A DNA stretch of 51,262 bases, taken from a virus. Lineage: Duplodnaviria; Caudoviricetes. Shown here piece by piece: positions 24,678 to 31,768 of this stretch (positions within the stretch are counted from its first letter, which is position 1; each line of letters opens with the position of its first letter). A program made the position numbers and the translations under genes. The notes under the pieces are model-generated. The model was given only the letters and a program-made list of their open reading frames with translations. It was not told where the DNA came from and made no database searches. The DNA is taken from positions 1 through 51,262 of the IMG/VR virus record IMGVR_UViG_3300033067_000549; one strand, given 5' to 3'.

Positions 24678-27600
24678 ATGGCAAAGATGCCGGGTGTGAT
24701 GGTCGAGGGTCCGTGGTCCCCGGAGGATGATGCCGAGGCCGCTCGCAAGGCGCGGGCCTACAAGCCAGAGATGGCGGAGGTCAAGCCGCCGCCCGGCCCC
24801 GTGTTCTCCGGCCCGGATGATAGCGCTCCGGCCACATTCATCGAGCCCAGCAGGCCCTCCCTCTGGGAGCGGACCAAAGAGCATTTCAACTATCAGGTGA
24901 ACCATGGGTTCTTTGCCCTCGGCGACCTGATGGAGATGCGCCTCCAGCGCCTCAATGCCGAGGAAAAGCAGGCCGAACTCGCCAAGATGCAGGCCGAGGG
25001 GCAGGGCGACACCATGGCCGCCAAGCGGACGGAGATGGAAATGTTCCAGTCCGCCGGGGAGTCCGAGATGGCGCGGACGGCCCGGGCCGAGGACACGTTC
25101 CGGTTCGAGAACATGCCCGCTGCCGAGGGGGTGTTGGAGAACGCCGCTGCCGTGGTGGGTGGCTTCGCGGGCTCCATCGACCCCACGGTCATTGTGCCCG
25201 AGGCCAAGATTGGCACGACCGCGTGGCGCATGGGCTCGCCGGTTATCTCCAAGATGCTCGACTATGGCGTCTCCAACGCGGCCATGAACGCGCTTCTCAA
25301 TGCCAGTGTGCAGGCCGGTGAATTGGGGGCCGACATCCGGGACGAGATTGATTGGGATTCGGTCCTCCTTGACGCCGGGGTGGGTGCAGCCATGGGGGTC
25401 CCGTTCGGCTACATCCATGGCCGGGCGGCCCGCGACGAGATGGCGCAATTGGTGCAGGCCCCGGAACCGGGTATGGCACCATGGGCACCGCCTCGCACCG
25501 GCCCGCGTGTCGAGAATGTGCCCAAGCCTGAAAGGGTGCCGGACCAGACCACGGTTGAAAGCATCTCCGAGGCCCATGCCCCGGAGGAGATCACAGCCGC
25601 ACAAGAGACCCTGTTCGGCGAAGTGGTGGGAACGCGCAACCTCACCCCCGAGCAACTCAATCAGGTGGACGACTACATCAACGCGGGCAAGCCATACGGA
25701 GAGGAGTTTCCTCGTGAAACAACCGTTCAAGATATGCCCCCGGTGCGGGAGCCCGCACAATCGGAAGCAGAACCGCTACCTCAAGTGTCAGAGCGGGGAC
25801 AACCGCAAGGCAGCGCGAACCCGGCTCCGGCAGATCAAGGCGCGAGCCCGCGAGCCCAAGAGCCCGCCCCTCTCGGAGCAGACTACCAAGACCTGAAACC
25901 CGAGGACCTCAAGGTCGATGCCAGCCGCTTCCAGTTCAAGGGCGGCGGCGACTCGGAGGGGGTGATCGACACCCTCAAGAAGGTCAAGACATGGGACCGG
26001 AAAAAGGCCGGGGTCATCATGGTCTGGGAGGACCTCGCCGGGAACAAGTTCGTGGTGGACGGTCATCAACGCTATGGCCTCGCCAAGCGGCTCAAGGCCG
26101 AGGGGCAGGACCAGACCCTTCACGCCATGGTGTGGCGGGAGGCGGATGGCATCACGGCCGAGGACGCCAAGGTCCTCGCCGCGGACATCAACATCTCGCA
26201 GGGCTCCGGCACCGCGGTCGATGCCGCAAAAATCCTCCGGGCTCGCCCGGAGATGCTGGACAACCTGCCCAAGAACGCGGTGACAGATCACGGCGTAGGC
26301 CTCGCCAAGCTCTCGGATGACGCCTTTGGCATGGTGGTCAACGGCAAGGTCCCGCCCGAGTACGGAGCAATCGTGGGCAAGCTGGCCCCGAACACCTCGA
26401 CCCATGCCCAGATCATGGATGTCCTCGCCAAGAACGAGCCGGCATCCGCGGCCCAGGCCGAGAGCATGGTGCGCGATGTCCTCGCCGCGCCCGAGGTCGA
26501 GCAGACCATGACCGACATGTTCGGCTCCAGCGAGGTCACGCAAATCCTGTTCAAGGAGCGGGCTCAGGTCCTCTCCTCGGCGGCCACCGCGCTCCGCAAG
26601 GACCGCGCCGCCTTCAACACCCTGGTCAAGGAGGAGGCCCGCCTCACCGGGGCCGGGAACAAACTCGCCACGGCCACCAACCTCGAAAGGGCACAGACCG
26701 ATGCCGAAATCCTCGCAACCCTCCAAGCCACAGCGCGGCGCAAAGGACCCGTTGCCGACGCCCTCGCCGCCGCCGCCAAGTCCCTCCATGACGGAACCCC
26801 TCGACAAGTCGCCGTCCGGGAGTTCCTCGACCGTATCAGGGGAGAGGTTAAAGGTGCTTCGCCGGACGGCAAGGGCATTTCTCCATCGTCACAGTCCATT
26901 GCAGCCTCGCTAGGAGGCTACCGCAACACCGACACCCCGGCCTTTGGTAGGTGGTTCGGCGACTCCAAGGTGGTCGATGAGAATGGCGACCCGCTCGTTG
27001 TCCATCACGGCACCGGCGAAAAGTTCGACGCCTTCTCCAAGGACATGGTGGGGACCTCGTTCAATCAGGACGCTCGCGGGTTCTTTTTTACTGACAGCAG
27101 GCCCGAGGCCGAGGGTTATGCCCGCAACACCTCATACGGTCTGCCCCGCGATACGCCCGGCACGGTGCAAGATGTTTACCTGTCCATCAGGAACCCGCTT
27201 GTCAAAGAAATCGACTTCGACCCCATCGACGCATGGGACAACAACCACAAGGCATTTCAGGAGGAGGCGGCTCGCGGGGGGCATGACGGCATCACCATCA
27301 AGGCCCGCAAGGGCGCAAGCATGTATGTTGCCTTCGAGCCCACCCAGATCAAGAGCATCTACAACCGGGGCACATGGGATGCAGAGGACCCGAGGATTTC
27401 GTTCTCCGCCCCTCGGCAGGCAGGCCCCGGCCTGTTCGATGTCGGTGCAGACAAGAAGCCCCAGGCGGTTCTCCCTGGAGCCGAGCGCATCGGCGACAAG
27501 AGCCTCGCCGAGCGCCGGGCAGCCGCCCCGCTCAAGCCGACCAAGCCCCAGAAGTCCCTCGACTTCGGCTTGTTCGGGGACAGTGGCGACCAGATGGACC

Positions 27601-29021
27601 TCGTGGACCTCGCTCGTCTCCCCAAGATGGTGAAGCAGGACGCCGACTATCTGGATTTTTCCCCCTCTGGGACGGCGAAAAACGCCATCATCGGCAAGGC
27701 ATCCATCACCTATGCGGCCAAGGACGGCGAGGTCGAAATCCTCGCTTTCCGGGTCCCCACCCAATTCCGCCGCCGTGGCGAAGGCCGGGAGGCGCTCCTC
27801 GCTTTCCTCGAAAAGGCGGATGACGAGGGCCTCGCCGTCCGGGCTTACTCCACCCCGCTCGACCGCTCGACCGACCGGGAGGGCATCATCCGGTTCTATG
27901 AGGGCCTCGGCTTCACGGCGACCGGCCGCAAGATCAACGCCGCGGGCGACATCGAGATGCTCCGCTCCGGGCCTCCGCCCGAGGTGGCAGAACTCCGGCA
28001 GCTTGTGGGGCAGGGTCGCCTCATCCCCTTGCGCGACTACACCGAGCCCGCGATGGCACAGCAGGTCTCGCAGGCCTTCTACAACACCCAGCCCTCTCGC
28101 CCGCTCGACGCGCTCTATGAGGGCGGCATCCTCCAGAAGCATCAAGACCGCCTCGGCCGGGTCGGCGACGAGATTGCCCAGATCACCGGGGCCAAGTTCA
28201 AAAACCCGGGCCTCAAGAAAAAGGCCACCGCCCAGCAGAAGATGATTCGCAAGCGGTACAAGGGCACCAACCGGCTCGCCGACCTCGTGCGGGCTGGCTT
28301 CCTCGTGGACACCCCGGACCAAGCGCAAAGGGTGGTCAACCTCCTCGCCGAGAATTTCCGGGTGCTGGATGAAGGATGGGCGGTCCTCGCCGAGGGCTAC
28401 TTCGACCGCAAGGTCATGGTGCAGTTTGCGGATGGCACCATCGGCGAGGTGCAAATCTGGGAGCCGTCACTCCTCAAGGCCAAGATGGAAGGGGGCGGGC
28501 ATGAACTCTATACCGCGGCCCGCGACCTCCCGCCGGGGCCTGAAAAGGCCGCGCTCCAAAAGAAGATGGAGGACCTCTACTACCCGCTCTTGGATGCGCT
28601 CGACCCTTCTTGGGGCGCGACCGTGGGCAGAGAGGGCAAGATGCCGAATGTCCGGGAGAACTCCTCGCGCATGGCATCCTCGGAGGCAAGCAACCTGCCG
28701 GAGTCGCCGACCTCGGCGGAATCGACTTCCTCCCAATCGGCACCGGGCTCCAGCACGGCCCAAGCGAAACCTTTGTCTGAGACCGCGGGGCGGCCTTCCC
28801 AATCTACGAACTTCATGGAGTCCTCCATTTTGGGCGAAGATACGGGGGCAGGCCGGGCCTCGCAAGGGTCCAAACCGTCGCAGGAATGGCGCACCGTCGA
28901 AATCGTGGCCCAGACCGAGACCGGGGAGACCGTAAAACTCCCGGCTGGTGAGGCTGTGGACTATATGTTAAGCCGCATCAAAGCAGCGCGGGAACTTCTG
29001 GATTGTGTAAATGCGGGTTAA
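24678..29021 (+). CDS. large polyvalent virion protein: ParB-like + ADP-ribosyltransferase + GNAT + RelA/SpoT-like domains
   Basis: ParB-like FQFK...VVDGHQR (~25900-26800); ART FGRWFGDSKVVDENGDPLVVHHGT...GFFFTD...YLSIRNP...HDGI...AFEPTQIKS (~26930-27400); GNAT RVPTQFRRRGEG...RFYEGLGF (~27700-27960); RelA/SpoT-like LKK....QKM...DLVRA...GYFD...EVQI...GHELY (~28130-28600). Confidence 0.85.
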   Translation: MAKMPGVMVEGPWSPEDDAEAARKARAYKPEMAEVKPPPGPVFSGPDDSAPATFIEPSRPSLWERTKEHFNYQVNHGFFALGDLMEMRLQRLNAEEKQAELAKMQAEGQGDTMAAKRTEMEMFQSAGESEMARTARAEDTFRFENMPAAEGVLENAAAVVGGFAGSIDPTVIVPEAKIGTTAWRMGSPVISKMLDYGVSNAAMNALLNASVQAGELGADIRDEIDWDSVLLDAGVGAAMGVPFGYIHGRAARDEMAQLVQAPEPGMAPWAPPRTGPRVENVPKPERVPDQTTVESISEAHAPEEITAAQETLFGEVVGTRNLTPEQLNQVDDYINAGKPYGEEFPRETTVQDMPPVREPAQSEAEPLPQVSERGQPQGSANPAPADQGASPRAQEPAPLGADYQDLKPEDLKVDASRFQFKGGGDSEGVIDTLKKVKTWDRKKAGVIMVWEDLAGNKFVVDGHQRYGLAKRLKAEGQDQTLHAMVWREADGITAEDAKVLAADINISQGSGTAVDAAKILRARPEMLDNLPKNAVTDHGVGLAKLSDDAFGMVVNGKVPPEYGAIVGKLAPNTSTHAQIMDVLAKNEPASAAQAESMVRDVLAAPEVEQTMTDMFGSSEVTQILFKERAQVLSSAATALRKDRAAFNTLVKEEARLTGAGNKLATATNLERAQTDAEILATLQATARRKGPVADALAAAAKSLHDGTPRQVAVREFLDRIRGEVKGASPDGKGISPSSQSIAASLGGYRNTDTPAFGRWFGDSKVVDENGDPLVVHHGTGEKFDAFSKDMVGTSFNQDARGFFFTDSRPEAEGYARNTSYGLPRDTPGTVQDVYLSIRNPLVKEIDFDPIDAWDNNHKAFQEEAARGGHDGITIKARKGASMYVAFEPTQIKSIYNRGTWDAEDPRISFSAPRQAGPGLFDVGADKKPQAVLPGAERIGDKSLAERRAAAPLKPTKPQKSLDFGLFGDSGDQMDLVDLARLPKMVKQDADYLDFSPSGTAKNAIIGKASITYAAKDGEVEILAFRVPTQFRRRGEGREALLAFLEKADDEGLAVRAYSTPLDRSTDREGIIRFYEGLGFTATGRKINAAGDIEMLRSGPPPEVAELRQLVGQGRLIPLRDYTEPAMAQQVSQAFYNTQPSRPLDALYEGGILQKHQDRLGRVGDEIAQITGAKFKNPGLKKKATAQQKMIRKRYKGTNRLADLVRAGFLVDTPDQAQRVVNLLAENFRVLDEGWAVLAEGYFDRKVMVQFADGTIGEVQIWEPSLLKAKMEGGGHELYTAARDLPPGPEKAALQKKMEDLYYPLLDALDPSWGATVGREGKMPNVRENSSRMASSEASNLPESPTSAESTSSQSAPGSSTAQAKPLSETAGRPSQSTNFMESSILGEDTGAGRASQGSKPSQEWRTVEIVAQTETGETVKLPAGEAVDYMLSRIKAARELLDCVNAG
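25714..25896 (+). CDS. overprinted (+1 frame) 60-aa basic zinc-ribbon-like ORF inside the polyvalent gene
   Basis: GAGGAG RBS 7 nt before GTG; KICPRCGSPHNRKQNRYLKC; host frame here is a low-complexity linker. Confidence 0.4.
   Translation: MKQPFKICPRCGSPHNRKQNRYLKCQSGDNRKAARTRLRQIKARAREPKSPPLSEQTTKT
28580..28816 (-). CDS. antisense-embedded 78-aa acidic protein, candidate antitoxin of the RelA/SpoT-like domain
   Basis: GGAGG RBS 5 nt before ATG; own promoter; globular-looking MKFVDWEGRPAV...WAVLEPGADWEEVD; host frame becomes Ser-rich over the same span. Confidence 0.7.
   Translation of the reverse strand: MKFVDWEGRPAVSDKGFAWAVLEPGADWEEVDSAEVGDSGRLLASEDAMREEFSRTFGILPSLPTVAPQEGSSASKSG
28837..28865 (-). 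promoter_or_regulatory. sigma70-like antisense promoter inside the polyvalent gene
   Basis: TTGCGA-N17-TATCTT on the minus strand, 20 nt upstream of ATG 28816. Confidence 0.65.
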
Positions 29022-29358
29022 ACGGGCACATTTTCAGGAACGGCTCGGCCCTCCCCAACCGGCGGCGGTGGTGGAGAGGGAGGTCCCCGTTGTTGACCCG
29101 GAGCAGCGGGCAGTCCTCGCCACCATTCAGGGATTGCTCAACACCATCGCCTCGACTCCTCCTCCGCCCCAAGTCCAGCACGTTCCCAGCGATGAAATCC
29201 TTACCCGCCTTGCTCGGCTGGAGCGCATGGTGAACGCCATGACAGACCGGCCCGGAATTGCCTACTCGTTCGACATCGAGCGCGGGGCCGACGGCAAGAT
29301 CACCCGCGTCACAGCCAAACCGAAACCCGAGATGTCGGGCACAATCTACAAGGGGTAA
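29011..29358 (+). CDS. hypothetical protein
   Basis: Coupled ORF ending FDIERGADGKITRV. Confidence 0.65.
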   Translation: MRVKRAHFQERLGPPQPAAVVEREVPVVDPEQRAVLATIQGLLNTIASTPPPPQVQHVPSDEILTRLARLERMVNAMTDRPGIAYSFDIERGADGKITRVTAKPKPEMSGTIYKG

Positions 29359-29361
29359 ACC

Positions 29362-29814
29362 ATGTCAGCCAGCAACGCCTTTGAGAATGATCTGCTTCTC
29401 CTCATTTTCAACAACACCAACATCGCCAACATCGGAGACGCCACCGGCGTCCGCGGCTCGACCGTGGCGGGCAGCCTCTACGTGGCGCTGCACACGGCAG
29501 ACCCGGGCGAGGGAGGCAACCAGTCCACCAACGAAACCAGCTATACCGGCTACGTCCGGCAGGCAGTTGCTCGCTCTGGAGCAGGCTGGACGGTCTCGGG
29601 CTCAACCCCGACACAGGTGGCAAATGCCGCCAACGTGGATTTCCCGGCGTCCTCCTCCGGCACCCCGACCATCACCCACTTTAGCGTAGGGTACGAATCC
29701 GCCGGGGCCACCAAGATCATTGTTTCCGGGGCGCTCACCTCCTCACAGGTCATCAACCTCGGGGCCACCCCCAACCGCTTTGCCGCCGGTTCACTTGTCG
29801 CAACGCTTGATTAA
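29362..29814 (+). CDS. virion structural / fibre-associated protein
   Basis: SNAFEN.LL...LYVALHTADPGE...E.SY.GY.RQ motif common in phage structural modules. Confidence 0.75.
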   Translation: MSASNAFENDLLLLIFNNTNIANIGDATGVRGSTVAGSLYVALHTADPGEGGNQSTNETSYTGYVRQAVARSGAGWTVSGSTPTQVANAANVDFPASSSGTPTITHFSVGYESAGATKIIVSGALTSSQVINLGATPNRFAAGSLVATLD

Positions 29815-29831
29815 CAGAAGGAATTGCAAAA

Positions 29832-30263
29832 ATGGCGATCTACTCTCTAGCACTCAGAACAACGGTCACCACCATCGCGGCGGCCTCGTGGGGGATGATT
29901 TCTCCCGCCTCAAACGAGGCGGCCCTCATGGAGTGGGGCTACTTCAACGGCGCGGCAACGGCCTGCGTTGTCGGCCTCGGCAGGTCGGCCAACACCCCGA
30001 CGTTGACCGGCGGCGTGGCATTTCAGGCGGAAGATGAAGGCCGCCCGGCTGGTGTCACTCAGGCCGCCGTTGCCTTCGGCACAGCGCCGACGGTGCCCAC
30101 TCAGTTCTTTCGCCGGTTCTCGCTGGCTGCCTTGGTTGGTGCCGCGGTGGTTTACACCTTCCCGCGGGGCATCGTTCTCCCGGCTGCCGGTCAAGGCATT
30201 GTCGCATGGAACATCACGGCCAACTCTGCCGTGGTCGATGTTCATGCCGTGGTGGATGAATAA
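29832..30263 (+). CDS. putative structural protein
   Basis: Ala/Thr/Val-rich beta protein in the structural block. Confidence 0.7.
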   Translation: MAIYSLALRTTVTTIAAASWGMISPASNEAALMEWGYFNGAATACVVGLGRSANTPTLTGGVAFQAEDEGRPAGVTQAAVAFGTAPTVPTQFFRRFSLAALVGAAVVYTFPRGIVLPAAGQGIVAWNITANSAVVDVHAVVDE

Positions 30264-30266
30264 GCC

Positions 30267-30548
30267 ATGAAGCGCCTCAGCCTCGACGACATCCACGGCG
30301 CAACTACTGTGTGCCGCATCACCATCGACATGGACCGGATGGGCAACTGCCGGGTGGAGGGCTCGATCACCGACAAGGAGTTCGCCCTCCTCATGATCGA
30401 CACCGCCCGGCAAGCGGTTCTCTCCTACCATAACAAGGGTGGGAAGATCATTGTTCCGGCCAACGACACCGCTCTCGTCGGGACGGAAGCAGAAAAGAAG
30501 CTGCTCGCCGCCCGGCATGAATTGGCAAATGCCATGGATGGAAAATAA
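30267..30548 (+). CDS. hypothetical protein
   Basis: Coupled ORF. Confidence 0.65.
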   Translation: MKRLSLDDIHGATTVCRITIDMDRMGNCRVEGSITDKEFALLMIDTARQAVLSYHNKGGKIIVPANDTALVGTEAEKKLLAARHELANAMDGK

Positions 30549-31093
30549 TGGGCGTTCAACTCAGGTTCGGCACGGCAGGCGCAACGGGCGGCGGGTTCTC
30601 CTGCCAGCCCGGGAGACTGCAACCCTCATATGCCGAGGATTGGCACGAGCCCAAGTGGTCATGGCAGGCACGGTCTCCAAAAACGTGGAAAGACCGCAAT
30701 CTCTGGTATTCGCTTTGGAGTTTCGGGTGTCGTGTCGGCGGCGGTGATCTGGAAGGGTACTCCACCGTCGGCCAGTCCGGCGGCCTTGCCAGCAAAGACT
30801 TGTTTGAGCCCTATTCATGCGATGGGGAAGGAACCTCCGTCTCACGGTTCATCAAGGGCACGGTCGTTGACGCCAATGGAGACCCGGCGGCCAACGCCAT
30901 CGTGCAGGGTTTTGTCACCGCCACCGACGCCTATGTCGGGCAGGATGTCAGCCGACAGGATGGCTCCTACACCCTCGCCACGGACACCCCGGCAGGGACG
31001 CAACACTATCTCGTGGCCTACAAGGCCGGGAGCCCGGATGTCGCGGGCACCACGGTCAACACCCTGACCTCTACAAACGTCGATGGCACATGA
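30548..31093 (+). CDS. protein with carboxypeptidase-regulatory-like beta-sandwich C-terminus
   Basis: IKGTVVDANGDP.ANA.V...S..DGSYTL motif. Confidence 0.65.
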   Translation: MGVQLRFGTAGATGGGFSCQPGRLQPSYAEDWHEPKWSWQARSPKTWKDRNLWYSLWSFGCRVGGGDLEGYSTVGQSGGLASKDLFEPYSCDGEGTSVSRFIKGTVVDANGDPAANAIVQGFVTATDAYVGQDVSRQDGSYTLATDTPAGTQHYLVAYKAGSPDVAGTTVNTLTSTNVDGT

Positions 31094-31102
31094 GGCCGCT
31101 GG

Positions 31103-31768
31103 ATGGCCGACCAAAAGAAAATAACGCTTAGGCCATTTCACGCCAGCCCCAAGACCATCGTCGTCAATGCCTTGCCCGTTGCCACCCCGAGCAGCGGCAC
31201 AACCATTCACCTCTATGAGTTTCACGCGACGGCCAAGACGGTCGTTCTCCGGGACCCAACCGCTACCCCTGTAGTCTCCTCGACCGGGGCGGTGTTCTCT
31301 GGCACCGCGGCAATGGTGTTCGGGCAGAGCGGCAGCCTGTTCGCCCCCTCGGAGTTCGCGGGCTCAACGTCCCTCACCCTCGGGCAGACCGGCGACCTCG
31401 ATGCGCCGACCTCGATGTCCGGCACCGCAACCACGACATTCTCCCAGACTGGCGACCTCTCGGCCCCCAGCGTCCTCGCCGGGTCGGCTCCCCTTACCTT
31501 TGACCAACAGGGCACATTCAACGCCGCCGCCGGTGCAAGCGGAGCCACCTTTGCAGGCACCGCCGCCATGTCCTTCGGGGCGGAGGCCACTTTCTCGGCA
31601 GCCGTCGCCGAGACCCAAGAGGCGAATTTCAACTCGGCCTATGTGGCAAGGATGTTGCGCCGCAAAAAGCAGGGGGTAACGCCCGAGCCGCAAATCGTGC
31701 TAGAGGCGAATGACGACGACGAGGCCATTGCCCTCGTGATCGAGCAATTCTTGAGGGTCGCCGCATGA
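31103..31768 (+). CDS. repetitive Ser/Thr/Gly-rich structural protein
   Basis: ~22-aa repeats of form (F)xGxxxxxFxQxGxL; ends DDDEAIALVI. Confidence 0.7.
   Translation: MADQKKITLRPFHASPKTIVVNALPVATPSSGTTIHLYEFHATAKTVVLRDPTATPVVSSTGAVFSGTAAMVFGQSGSLFAPSEFAGSTSLTLGQTGDLDAPTSMSGTATTTFSQTGDLSAPSVLAGSAPLTFDQQGTFNAAAGASGATFAGTAAMSFGAEATFSAAVAETQEANFNSAYVARMLRRKKQGVTPEPQIVLEANDDDEAIALVIEQFLRVAA

Noticed and set aside
26854-26913. GGAGAGG + GTG 19-codon +1-frame ORF in the ParB-ART linker
   Set aside because: Same style as the 25714 ORF but too short and featureless to support.
27359-27625. Antisense ORF behind the ART domain as a second antitoxin
   Set aside because: No RBS or promoter, low-complexity translation, and the sense frame here looks like a genuine motif-bearing segment.
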